A DNA stretch of 64,000 nt from Candidatus Parcubacteria bacterium (lineage in GTDB: Bacteria > Patescibacteriota > Patescibacteriia > Patescibacteriales > UBA12075): contig CAWFCE010000002.1 in NCBI GenBank assembly GCA_963814275.1, positions 875,263 through 939,262 on the forward strand, written 5' to 3'. Below are positions 9,401 through 19,002 of this stretch, one piece after another. Numbering within the stretch: the first letter of the stretch is position 1; each line of letters begins with the position of its first letter. A program made the translations under genes and the position numbers. The notes beneath the pieces were generated by a model, which saw nothing but the letters and a program-made list of their open reading frames with translations, was not told the origin of the DNA and did not search any database.

Positions 9401-9697
9401 GGCTAAAGCCTGGCGAACCTTCGGCTAAAGCCAAGTGGAAGCCTGGCGAACCTTCGGCTAAAGCCAAGTGGAAGCCTGGCGAACCTTCGGCTAAAGCCAA
9501 GTGGAAGCCTGGCGAACCTTCGGCCCTGCCTGCCGGCAGGCAGGTAAAGCCAAGTGGAAGCCTGGCGAACCTTCGGCTAAAGCCAAGTGGAAGCCTGGCG
9601 GACCTTCGGCTAAAGCCAAGTGGAAGCCTGGCGGACCTTCGGCTAAAGCCAAGTGGAAGCCTGGCGAACCTTCGGCCCTGCCTGCCGGCAGGCAGGT
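9401..9697. repeat. 33-bp head-to-tail tandem array in two blocks, each closed by a 20-nt perfect palindrome
   Basis: Unit is ggctaaagccaagtggaagcctggcgaaccttc. Copies at 9423, 9456, 9489, 9575, 9608 and 9641, plus truncated copies at 9401 and 9546. CCTGCCTGCCGGCAGGCAGG at 9525-9544 and 9677-9696. Confidence 0.95.
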
Positions 9698-9810
9698 AGA
9701 GCAGGGTGGAAATTTGGCAGAAGCGGTGATTGACTAAATACGGATTTTATGGTAAAGTTGCTGGTTAACTAAAATTCATACACACACTTTTTCGTTTTAT
9801 TTATTGAGAT

Positions 9811-11208
9811 ATGGCTGAAATATTAGCGCAAAAAATTGAGAATCACCGGATTTTGCTCGTTGGTTTGCTGACTATGGCATTTGCCGCTATTTTATTGTCC
9901 TTGAGCCACTTATCCACAGATTGGCTGCTCGGGATACTGGCGGTCAGCTTGATTTGGGTATTAATACTCAAAATCGAGTGGGGAATTTACCTAATGGCAT
10001 TTTTCCTGCCTGTTATCCATTGGGACTTCTATATCGGGCCGTTGCAGATACCGCTGATCGATGCCTTGGGGATTTTGGTGCTTTCGGCTTTCTTCGCCCG
10101 GCATTTTCTGCTTATTTACCTGGGGGAGAAACAGCCGGAAAAGCTCAAATGGCCGGCTCTGGGCGCGTTTAGCGTTTTTTTCCTGGCTGCTCTTGTTTCC
10201 GCTTTCTTCAGCCCCACTATACTCAAAAGCGCGTGGTATAGTATTCGCTGGATTTTGCTCTTCTATATGGCTTATATTTTTTTACCGATCAACATTATCA
10301 AAGATAGAAAAACTTTACGTAGCGTGATCGCGTTAATTATCGCATCCGCGGTGATTACCGGCGTCCTGGGCTTGATGAGCATAGCGGGGCAGAATTGGCG
10401 CCAGGAATTCGTGCGCGTCAAGCCGATCGAGATTGCCGGTGTCTTTCCCCTGGGCGAGAACCAGAATCTGATCGTCGAGGTGATGCTGCCGGCAATATTA
10501 CTGGTTTTTGCGATGAAGGAATGGGCGAGAAGCGCCAGAAGCAAGAGGTTATTAAACCTTACTTTGATATTTCTGGTTTTGATATTGATCGGCACCTTCT
10601 CCCGCGGCGGCTGGCTGGCGCTGGTTGCCGCCGGTCTGGTATATGCCATTGCGATATACCGTAAACAGATCCAAAAATATGTTTTGCCTTTAATTTTGAT
10701 ATTGATCGCGTTGACCCCGGTATTTGTCTATATGTACCGGATCCAGACCGATTACGAAACCGGTGTCGGTTCCAACCAGAGCCGCATCCTTTCCAGCCGG
10801 ATTGCCTGGCAGGCCTTTCTGGATAAACCGTTTTTCGGCAACGGTAGCGGCGAGTATATCAATTTGGTCGGCCAGAATGTGCTTTTCCGGGCCAAATTCG
10901 GCGACCCGCTCGAATCGCACGGTATTTTCCAAAAAATATTGGCCGAAAACGGATTGGCCGGGTTGCTGGGATTTTCCCTGATGTTAATGGTGTTTGTCCG
11001 AACTTTTTATTGCGGATTGAAGAACAATAAAAACGAATTCAGGACATTGTTGCCGATAATTCTGGCCGGACTGGCTATATTCATATTTGAGATATTCAAT
11101 ACCTCTTATTACAAAGGCAAGCTTTGGCTGCCGATTGCTATCGGTTTGGTTTATGTTAATTTGCTGAAACAGACCGATAAGATTTATCCTGTCATTGCGA
11201 GCGACTGA
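9811..11208 (+). CDS. O-antigen ligase/polymerase family membrane protein
   Basis: About 10-12 TM segments, Wzy_C-like core IGTFSRGGWLALVAAGLVY, and a periplasmic-loop-like GNGSGEY. Confidence 0.7.
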   Translation: MAEILAQKIENHRILLVGLLTMAFAAILLSLSHLSTDWLLGILAVSLIWVLILKIEWGIYLMAFFLPVIHWDFYIGPLQIPLIDALGILVLSAFFARHFLLIYLGEKQPEKLKWPALGAFSVFFLAALVSAFFSPTILKSAWYSIRWILLFYMAYIFLPINIIKDRKTLRSVIALIIASAVITGVLGLMSIAGQNWRQEFVRVKPIEIAGVFPLGENQNLIVEVMLPAILLVFAMKEWARSARSKRLLNLTLIFLVLILIGTFSRGGWLALVAAGLVYAIAIYRKQIQKYVLPLILILIALTPVFVYMYRIQTDYETGVGSNQSRILSSRIAWQAFLDKPFFGNGSGEYINLVGQNVLFRAKFGDPLESHGIFQKILAENGLAGLLGFSLMLMVFVRTFYCGLKNNKNEFRTLLPIILAGLAIFIFEIFNTSYYKGKLWLPIAIGLVYVNLLKQTDKIYPVIASD

Positions 11209-11448
11209 AAAAATATTTATTTATTGCCTGATTTTGATAAAGTTTTATGAATTTGTTCCCCGCTTACAAGAAGTCGCGAAGCAATCCCGAGGCGCGAAGA
11301 AACAATCTTCTTTAACGATCCGTAATCGGTGGTTAGTGCGTTGTGGCACGGGATTGCTTCGCGACTTCTTCTTCGAGGATAATATTATTAAGGTCTATAT
11401 TCTAATTTAAAAATATAAAACGTATTCTTTGTCGCTCGCAATGACAGG
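11188..11448. repeat. 261-bp nested inverted-repeat (MITE-like) element
   Basis: Outer 18-nt perfect IR: cctgtcattgcgagcgac (11188-11205) / gtcgctcgcaatgacagg (11431-11448). Inner 23-nt IR: 11267-11289 / 11349-11371. The left arm supplies the last codons (PVIASD*) of the preceding gene. Confidence 0.8.
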
Positions 11449-11511
11449 TAAATCGGTAATGATTCAATGCTGAGATTCTTCCAATGACAATTACAAATTA
11501 ATTAGATATTC

Positions 11512-12609
11512 ATGACACCAAATAAAAAAACAAAAATAATTCACATCATTCCGACGCTCGGGCTGGGCGGGGCGGAGCGCTTGATCGTGGATCTGGCGGA
11601 CAGGCTTGACCGGGAGCGGTATGAGCTGGAAGTGATCGCTTTGAAGCGGCTCGGCTATTTCGGCCTGGATTTGAAGCGTCTGGAAGTTCCCTTCAGTTTC
11701 CTTGGACAGCGTCACGGGTTGAACATATTCAGCCTTATTAAACTTATACGCATGATCAAAGATAAACAGCCTGATATTGTCCACACCCATTTGTTCGGCG
11801 CCGATTTTTACGGCATAATTGCCGCCCGGCTGGCCGGAGTGCCGGTTGTCGTTTCGACCGAGCATAATCTTAATTATGCCGAAGGCATCCTGAAACGCTG
11901 GCTTAAGAAGCTGGTCTATAAACTGGCTGACAAAGTGATCGCCGTGTCGGGCGCGGTAAGCGGTTATTTGGAAAAACAGGGGATTGAAAAAGCTAAAATA
12001 GCGGTAATTCACAACGGCGTCAAATTGGAGCGTTTCCTGTATGACCGGCAGTTTAAGCCGGGCAGCAGTTTGCAGATCGGTTCGGTCGGACGCTTAAGCC
12101 CGCAAAAAGGCTATCTGGACCTGGTGAGAGCGATCGCCCTCATGGAAAACCGCGGTATAACTTGCCAGATCGCCGGGGAAGGGGAGCAGGAAGAAGCGCT
12201 TAAGAAGGAGATAGCGCGTTTGAATCTCCAGGACCGGGTTAAGCTGGTCGGTCCGGTAAAGGATGTGGCCGCGTTCATGAAAAGGCTCGATCTCTTCGTA
12301 TTGCCTTCCCATTGGGAAGGATTCGGACTAGTGGTGGTGGAAGCGGGATTGACCCAACTGCCGGTGATATCAACCGACGTTGATGGCATACGCGAAATAA
12401 TCACAGACCGGATTACCGGCCTGGTGGTGGCGCCGGGGCATCCGGAGATCCTGGCACAACAGATCAATTATCTGAGCCAGCATCTGGAAGAGCGGATAAA
12501 GCTCGGCCTTAACCTGCAGAAGCGGGTAATAGGAAATTTTTCGATTGAAAAAATGGTAAAAAGTTACGAGAAATTGTATAAAGATTTATTAATAGCAAAA
12601 ACTATATAA
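11512..12609 (+). CDS. glycosyltransferase family 4
   Basis: GLGGAERL N-motif and the GT4 C-motif PSHWEGFGLVVVEAGLTQLPVISTDVDGIREII. Confidence 0.85.
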   Translation: MTPNKKTKIIHIIPTLGLGGAERLIVDLADRLDRERYELEVIALKRLGYFGLDLKRLEVPFSFLGQRHGLNIFSLIKLIRMIKDKQPDIVHTHLFGADFYGIIAARLAGVPVVVSTEHNLNYAEGILKRWLKKLVYKLADKVIAVSGAVSGYLEKQGIEKAKIAVIHNGVKLERFLYDRQFKPGSSLQIGSVGRLSPQKGYLDLVRAIALMENRGITCQIAGEGEQEEALKKEIARLNLQDRVKLVGPVKDVAAFMKRLDLFVLPSHWEGFGLVVVEAGLTQLPVISTDVDGIREIITDRITGLVVAPGHPEILAQQINYLSQHLEERIKLGLNLQKRVIGNFSIEKMVKSYEKLYKDLLIAKTI

Positions 12610-12649
12610 ATAGAGAGAAAGCTGAGGCAAAATTTATCCAACAATTTTC

Positions 12650-12753
12650 AATAATCCAATAATCCAATTTTCAATCAATAACAAATAGCAAATATTTAAT
12701 TTTGTGAGCTTGGGTTTAAATATTTGAAATTGAAAATTAAATATTGATTGGAT
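12650..12753. repeat. dispersed AT-rich element, copy 1
   Basis: The 31-mer aataatccaataatccaattttcaatcaata (12650-12680) is identical to 56449-56479. The 24-mer ttgaaaattaaatattgattggat (12730-12753) is identical to 56608-56631. Confidence 0.8.
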
Positions 12754-12829
12754 AATTGGGTCACTGATAATTGAACATTAATTTTCAAAACATTAATAAT
12801 AGCTAATTATTGTATATATAAAAATATTT

Positions 12830-14131
12830 ATGAAAATTCTACTGATCAACAAATTCCATTATCACCGCGACGGGGCGACGAAAGTTTATTTTGAAACCGC
12901 CCGTCTGCTTAAAGAACAGGGGCATGAAGTGGCTTTTTTCAGCATGCACCACCCGGAAAATATCCCGACCGAGTGGAGCCGCTATTTCGTGGATCACATC
13001 GACTATAATGAGCCGCTCTCTTATCTTACGCGTATTAAAGCGACAGCTAATATCCTCTATAATTTTCAGGCCGCCCGGCGGCTTAAGCGTTTGATCGCCG
13101 AATTCCAGCCGGATGTGGCGCATTTACACGTTATATACCACCAGTTGTCGCCGTCGATCATCCATACGCTCGAACGCCACGGCATACCGATAGTGATGAC
13201 TCTGCATGATTTCAAACAGATCTCGCCCAATTACAGCTTGCTCAAGGATGGAAAAATATGGGAAAAAAGCCGCGGCCGGAAATATTACCACTGTCTCAAG
13301 GACCGCTGTGTCAAGGATTCATATGCCAAAAGCGCAGTCTGCGTAGCCGAGGCCTATTTGCATGATCTATTGCGTTCATATGACAAGGTCAATGCCTATC
13401 TGGCGCCAGGCGATTTTTATGTGCAGAAGTATTCCGAGCACGGTTTTCGGCGCCACATAAGTGTTGTACCGAATCCGGTAGCTATTCCGCCGCAGGCGGA
13501 AAATACGGCCAGAATCAGCTTGTCGGAGAAATATTCCCGGCCGTACGTATTTTACTACGGCCGCTTAAGCCAGGAGAAGGGGGTGGAAACGCTGGTAAAT
13601 GCCGCTTTGCTTATTCATAACGATGTCGAGATAGTCATCGCCGGAAAAGGCCCCCTGGAAAAGAAGCTGAAAAGGCAGATCGAAGCCATGGGCCTGGGCG
13701 ACAAGGTCCGTCTGGCCGGTTTCCTTACCTGGAATGAATTGCCGGAGATGATCAGCAAGGCCGCACTGGCGATCGTGCCTTCCGTATGCTACGAAAATTC
13801 ACCGATGAGCGCCCTTGAAGCGATGTCTTTGGGCACCGCGGTAGCCGGCTCCGATCTGGGCGGGCTCAAAGATTTGATCGTAAATAACGAAACCGGCTAC
13901 TTGTTTCCCGCCGGGGACCCGTTTGCCATGGCGGAAACCATCAATTACGCGATAGACCATCCCGATATTTCAGCGAAGCTGGCCGAAAGCGCATACCAAA
14001 AAATCGTTAAACGCCATCGGCCGGAGATTTATCTGGAAAATATTTTGAAGGTATACACGGAAGTTACCCAGAATCAGCCCGAAAATATTCGCCAGCACAG
14101 CCTGGCTGTCCCGATTCAGGCGGAGGGGTAG
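12830..14131 (+). CDS. glycosyltransferase family 4
   Basis: YENSPMSALEAMSLGTAVAGSDLGGLKDLIVNNETGYLF (the E-x7-E type GT4 motif). Confidence 0.85.
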   Translation: MKILLINKFHYHRDGATKVYFETARLLKEQGHEVAFFSMHHPENIPTEWSRYFVDHIDYNEPLSYLTRIKATANILYNFQAARRLKRLIAEFQPDVAHLHVIYHQLSPSIIHTLERHGIPIVMTLHDFKQISPNYSLLKDGKIWEKSRGRKYYHCLKDRCVKDSYAKSAVCVAEAYLHDLLRSYDKVNAYLAPGDFYVQKYSEHGFRRHISVVPNPVAIPPQAENTARISLSEKYSRPYVFYYGRLSQEKGVETLVNAALLIHNDVEIVIAGKGPLEKKLKRQIEAMGLGDKVRLAGFLTWNELPEMISKAALAIVPSVCYENSPMSALEAMSLGTAVAGSDLGGLKDLIVNNETGYLFPAGDPFAMAETINYAIDHPDISAKLAESAYQKIVKRHRPEIYLENILKVYTEVTQNQPENIRQHSLAVPIQAEG

Positions 14132-14442
14132 CGGAGAGATCGACTCGCTTCGCTCGCGAAATTTGCTTGTCCGCTGTGGGCGGACTTGCGAGATTTGTGC
14201 CTCCCCATCGCTACGGACTGAGGCTAAAATAATTATTAAGTATATAATTTCAATTGATCCCGCTCCGCGAAGCGGGATAAAATCTCACGCACAATGCCGG
14301 GCAATCTATGTCATTTTAACGCCTATTGTCATGTAAAATAGGCGTTTTTTGTATTAAAATTAATTTGACATAAGCGGTTGCAATTAATCGTTCTCTATGC
14401 TAGTTTAAACAGTACTTTTACACTATTTTTATCTGGATTAAT

Positions 14443-15732
14443 ATGAAAAAACGTTATTTTACGGTTTTTTCCATTTTGATGGTGTCGGCGGCCTTGGCCC
14501 TGATTCCGGGGGCGAAAAGCGAGGTTAAGCCATATTATTCGGGCGATGCGGTAAATTACGGCGGCCGGATAATAGTTTCCTCGACCAATACCGGCCGATT
14601 GGAGTTTTTCGAGCTGATTGCCGGCCGAATTGCCAAGGAAGCCGAAATCATTGCCGATGACAACGATTACCGTTTGTTCGATGATGTATTGTTGATGCCT
14701 GATTCGGGAAGGCTATATGCCTTTGCGGTCAATGGAAAATACATTTATAAATACGACGTTAGCGACTGGAATCGGATAAGCCTGGAGAAGAAGGCGATGC
14801 ATAACGACGGCGACCGTTTTTTCGGCATTGACAGGGGAGGTAACGGGCAGATAATCACCATTGGCGTGAGCGGGATAAAAGTATGGAATACCGACCTCGA
14901 AACCGTCAACCAATTCCGCGCTGACATCCCTTTTCCCAAGAGCGTTCGATTCGGAGAAAGCGGCAATTACATTTACGACGCGACCAAGGGGTCGATCAAG
15001 ATAATCGATGCTTTTTTCCGGAATATTGTCATGGAAGCGTCTTTGGACGTCAAAAACGGCCATAACCGTTATCCTTTCGTCGATGAAGAACAAGGCCTGG
15101 TATTCGTGGTTGACGACGACAAAGTGAAAAAATACGACTTCAACGGCTATCGGGGCAGTTTCGACCATATCGCGGATTTCGGCTACGACGCCGACGGCAT
15201 ACCAGGCAGGCCGTACTTTTATTTTTCCGACGGTATCGGTGTGGTCAAGGTCAGAAAGGATGATATGGCCGCGGTCGATTGGAGATTCACTACTCAGCTT
15301 GGAGTTGATTACGGCTGGGCAGTCGGTTTGCGCGCCGTATCTGCGGGCGATAGGGAAGTGGTCATAGTATTCAACGGCAGCAGCATCCTGGCCCTGGATG
15401 ACAATTTGGATTTGATCGATTTTTATGAAGCGGTCGATACGACGCTGCCGGCGCCGGCGCCGCTGGCACTTACGGTTTCCGAGCCGTACGTCTTCCCGCA
15501 GAACAGCATAAGGGTCGCGGGAAGCGGTTTCGGCTATAACGAAGCGATTACCCTGGAGCTATTAGGCGCTAAGTATTACGCAGAAGCTAATACTGGAGGC
15601 GATTTTACCAAAACGATCCCGATTCCCCGGGCGAAACCCGGAACCTACGATCTGAGAGCCACGGGGCAGGAATCGGGCCGAACATATTCTACTACCATTA
15701 AAATACTGGAAAGGCGTGATTTTATAAATTAA
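14443..15732 (+). CDS. secreted hypothetical protein
   Basis: MKKRYFTVFSILMVSAALALIPGAKS signal peptide and an Ig-like C-terminal segment. No family recognised. Confidence 0.6.
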   Translation: MKKRYFTVFSILMVSAALALIPGAKSEVKPYYSGDAVNYGGRIIVSSTNTGRLEFFELIAGRIAKEAEIIADDNDYRLFDDVLLMPDSGRLYAFAVNGKYIYKYDVSDWNRISLEKKAMHNDGDRFFGIDRGGNGQIITIGVSGIKVWNTDLETVNQFRADIPFPKSVRFGESGNYIYDATKGSIKIIDAFFRNIVMEASLDVKNGHNRYPFVDEEQGLVFVVDDDKVKKYDFNGYRGSFDHIADFGYDADGIPGRPYFYFSDGIGVVKVRKDDMAAVDWRFTTQLGVDYGWAVGLRAVSAGDREVVIVFNGSSILALDDNLDLIDFYEAVDTTLPAPAPLALTVSEPYVFPQNSIRVAGSGFGYNEAITLELLGAKYYAEANTGGDFTKTIPIPRAKPGTYDLRATGQESGRTYSTTIKILERRDFIN

Positions 15733-15848
15733 ATTGTGATATTTTAGCTTATTTTAAATAAAAAAATTACAACATCAAAGCATTGACAGCGGCTTTTCCC
15801 TATGCTAAAGTCATACGTTACCGTTTAATCGCTAATTTATCGAAATAT

Positions 15849-17030
15849 ATGCGAATTGCCATAATCGGCCAGAAGGGGATTCCGGTCATAATCGGCGGTG
15901 TCGAAAAGCATGTTGACGAACTTTCGACACATTTGGCCTCACGAGGCCATGATGTATTGGTATATGTCCGCAGCCACTACACCCCAAGCGAACTGAAGGA
16001 ATACCGCGGAGTCCAATTGATCCACTTACCCAGCATAAAAACCAAGCATCTGGATGCGATATCCCACACGCTTTTGGCGTGCCTTGATGTTGTCCGGCGC
16101 CGGGTGGATGTTATCCATTTCCATTCGATCGGGCCCTCCTCGCTTATCTGGCTGGTCAAAATATTGCAGCCGTTTACACCGGTGGTGGCGACTTTCCATT
16201 CCCAATGCTATCAGCACCAGAAATGGAGCTGGTTCGCCAAGTTTTCTCTTAAAACAGCGGAAAGGTTTTGCTGTTTTTTTGCCGATAAGGTCATTACCGT
16301 ATCGGAGGATTTGGCGCATTACGCGGCGATCAAATACGAGATCAAACCGGTATATATACCCAATGGCGTCCGAATGCCGGAATCACGCCCTGCCCGGATA
16401 ATTACCGAACGCTGGGGACTCAAACCGGGTTCGTATTTCCTGACCACCTCGCGCCTCATCCGGCACAAAGGCATTCATTATGCGATCAAGGCGTTCGACA
16501 AGATTGCAACCGATAAGAAATTGGTTATTGTCGGCGAAGGTTATTTTACCGACAATTATGTCGCTGAGCTCGAGAGATTGGCCGACGGAAATAAAAATAT
16601 TATTTTTACCGGTGTCCAGTCCGGCGCGACTCTGGAAGAATTGTACAGTAATGCTTATCTTTTGATCCAGCCGTCGGAGTCGGAAGGATTATCGATCTCC
16701 ATCCTGGACGCCATGTCATATTCTACGGCCGTATTGGTGAGCGATATTCCCGAAAACCTGGTCGCGGTCGCTGAGATCGGCTTTACTTTCAAAAATCGGG
16801 AAGTCGACGATCTGGCCAGGCAGCTGGCTTTTCTGGACGGCAATCCCGGCCTAGTGCGGGAGCGCGGACGTTTGAGCCGTGATCACGTGGCCCAGCATTA
16901 CAATTGGAGCAATCTGGTAGGCGATGTTACCGCCGTTTACGAAGATGCAAAATCCCTGTATGAACGCGATATTTACCAAAATGCTTTCAAACGCCTGGTT
17001 AACTGGGCGATATACCGGAACAAAGCATAA
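15849..17030 (+). CDS. glycosyltransferase family 4
   Basis: Start at MRIAIIGQKGIPVIIGGVEKHV (the track ORF begins at an upstream TTG). C-motif PSESEGLSISILDAMSYSTAVLVSDIPEN. Confidence 0.85.
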   Translation: MRIAIIGQKGIPVIIGGVEKHVDELSTHLASRGHDVLVYVRSHYTPSELKEYRGVQLIHLPSIKTKHLDAISHTLLACLDVVRRRVDVIHFHSIGPSSLIWLVKILQPFTPVVATFHSQCYQHQKWSWFAKFSLKTAERFCCFFADKVITVSEDLAHYAAIKYEIKPVYIPNGVRMPESRPARIITERWGLKPGSYFLTTSRLIRHKGIHYAIKAFDKIATDKKLVIVGEGYFTDNYVAELERLADGNKNIIFTGVQSGATLEELYSNAYLLIQPSESEGLSISILDAMSYSTAVLVSDIPENLVAVAEIGFTFKNREVDDLARQLAFLDGNPGLVRERGRLSRDHVAQHYNWSNLVGDVTAVYEDAKSLYERDIYQNAFKRLVNWAIYRNKA

Positions 17031-17269
17031 TATCATGGTAAGCTAGTATGCAGATCGGTTTATATTGCCGTATTTGCTGGCTGCGTTGTGTCCCCGGTTG
17101 CCGGTATTTGCCCCCGCATTGGCTGCTGTGGCAAGATTCATATTCTCATATTGCACAGTCTTTGATAAAGCCGGTAGAACCGGTTTATTCTTAAATATAA
17201 GAGGCTATATTGCCAATTGTTCAAATATACTTTATATCAAATTAAATTAATATTCACAGATCAATCGAT

Positions 17270-18847
17270 ATGAAAAGCAAGCATCTTATTTATGGCAGCC
17301 TTATGGTACTGCTATCCCTATGTGTGTTGGTTCCCGGCCCGGCTCGGGCGGCAGAATTTACTTATCTTAACAGCCAAACAGGGCTGGGCGTGATCAAAGT
17401 CGGACAATATACCTACAATACGGTCGGCCGGCAAACCGCTTTCGATACATCCCAGGCGGTTTTTGTCCTGACCAAACTGGCTAATATCTCCGGCGTGAAT
17501 ACATTCCAGGTCAGACAGGAAATATGGACGAATGGGACAAAATTGGCCAAAACCTTCTATTCGCCCTTATTTATGCCGCTGGGCTCTTATTGGGCGGAAA
17601 ATCAGACTTGGAACAACCTCGGAACTTTCTCATCCGGCAATCATCAGATCAGGATCGCAATCAGCCTGAACGGCGGCGATTATATCGAACAGCAAACAAT
17701 CGGGATTACCGTTACCGGCGTGGATAATAATTTTACTTTTATTACGACCGATGCCGGAACCGGGGTCCAGCTTGTCGGACCATATGAATACGCCATTGTA
17801 GACAAAGATACGGCGTTCAAAACTACTGATTCTGTCCATATTTTGACCAAGCTGGCCGATATCAGGAATATCGATACTTTCCGGCTGAAACACGAAGTGT
17901 TCCTGAGCGGGCAAAGCCTTTTCCGCAGTTTCCAGTCGTCCATATACCGGCCTGATGGCTCGCTGTGGGCAGTCAATACGCCTTGGAATATTATCGGACA
18001 GCTGCCGGCCGGAAACCATACGGTCAAGACCAGTATCAGCGTAAATGGTGGGGAATATCAGCTTTTGGATACGCTGGCCATAAGCATAACCGGTACGGAT
18101 GTGAATTATCAATTCGTTTCGACCGATGCCGGAACCGGCATCGCCGATATCGGTAATTACAGATACGAGATCGTCGGCGGCAAATCCGATTTTAGCGCCA
18201 TTGAAGACATCTTTGTCCTGACCAAGCTGGCCAACATCCAAAACGCCGTGACTTTTCAGGTAAAACATGAAGTATTATTGAACGGCGGCACCCCGTTCCG
18301 CATGTTCGTCAGCCCGGTATTCAAGCCGGATTACTCTTTTTGGTCGTATAACCATACCTGGAATGAGATCGGAAAATTACCGGCCGGGAATTATGAATTA
18401 CGCACCAGTATCAGTGTTAATGGGGGAGAATTCGTCGAAGCCGGCGTAAAGAATATTACCGTAACCGGCCAGGCTCAACCCGGATATGATTTCATTACCA
18501 CCGAAACCGGACTGGGCGTCAAGGATATCGGCGGCTATAAGCTGGACATCGTTTCCCCGAAAACGGATTTTACTCCGACTGAATTGATTTATGCCCTTAC
18601 TAAGCTAAGCAATATCCGCGATATAAGCACATTCAGGATCCGCCATGAAGTTACGGGCGAAAATATTGCCTCTACCCGCTCCCTGTACTCTCCGTTATTC
18701 CGCCCTGATGGCGGATTCTGGAGCGTAAACAATACCTGGAACCAGATCGGCAAATTGCCGGTGGGAAATTATAGCTTGAAAACGGCGATAAGCATTGATG
18801 GCGGGTCATATGAGGTTATTGACGAGAGATCGATTAGCGTGAATTGA
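17270..18847 (+). CDS. secreted protein made of four ~125-aa tandem domains
   Basis: Signal peptide, then 4x (F..T.G.G....G.Y.Y......F......VLTKLANI....TF..(K/R)HE......S(P/S)..(R/K)PDGS.W..N..WN.IG.LP.GN(H/Y)....ISVNGG.Y). Confidence 0.7.
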   Translation: MKSKHLIYGSLMVLLSLCVLVPGPARAAEFTYLNSQTGLGVIKVGQYTYNTVGRQTAFDTSQAVFVLTKLANISGVNTFQVRQEIWTNGTKLAKTFYSPLFMPLGSYWAENQTWNNLGTFSSGNHQIRIAISLNGGDYIEQQTIGITVTGVDNNFTFITTDAGTGVQLVGPYEYAIVDKDTAFKTTDSVHILTKLADIRNIDTFRLKHEVFLSGQSLFRSFQSSIYRPDGSLWAVNTPWNIIGQLPAGNHTVKTSISVNGGEYQLLDTLAISITGTDVNYQFVSTDAGTGIADIGNYRYEIVGGKSDFSAIEDIFVLTKLANIQNAVTFQVKHEVLLNGGTPFRMFVSPVFKPDYSFWSYNHTWNEIGKLPAGNYELRTSISVNGGEFVEAGVKNITVTGQAQPGYDFITTETGLGVKDIGGYKLDIVSPKTDFTPTELIYALTKLSNIRDISTFRIRHEVTGENIASTRSLYSPLFRPDGGFWSVNNTWNQIGKLPVGNYSLKTAISIDGGSYEVIDERSISVN

Positions 18848-18854
18848 TTTGTTT

Positions 18855-18940
18855 GAACACGGATAACACCAGGACATATGAACACTGAAACACTGGAGCA
18901 TATATTTTAATTACTCCAGTGTTCTCTTAATACCGTGTTC
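18855..18940. repeat. nested hairpin downstream of 17270..18847
   Basis: gaacacgg (18855-62) / ccgtgttc (18933-40) enclose aacactggag (18889-98) / ctccagtgtt (18914-23). No T-run follows. Confidence 0.6.
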
Positions 18941-19002
18941 CGGCGCGCTTGTGTTTCTTGTTCATCCATGCCCATGCTATAATATCCACATAGTATAATA
19001 GT

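Noticed and set aside
9401-9697. Possible CRISPR array
   Set aside because: The 33-bp units abut each other with no spacers, and no cas genes are present. It is a tandem repeat, not a CRISPR array.
9150-9737. ORFs 9150..9500 (-) and 9501..9737 (+) translating the tandem array (AKAKWKPGEPS / ALAEGSPGFH repeats)
   Set aside because: They exist only because the 33-bp unit is a multiple of 3. There is no RBS or plausible start, and the minus ORF overlaps the preceding gene and terminator.
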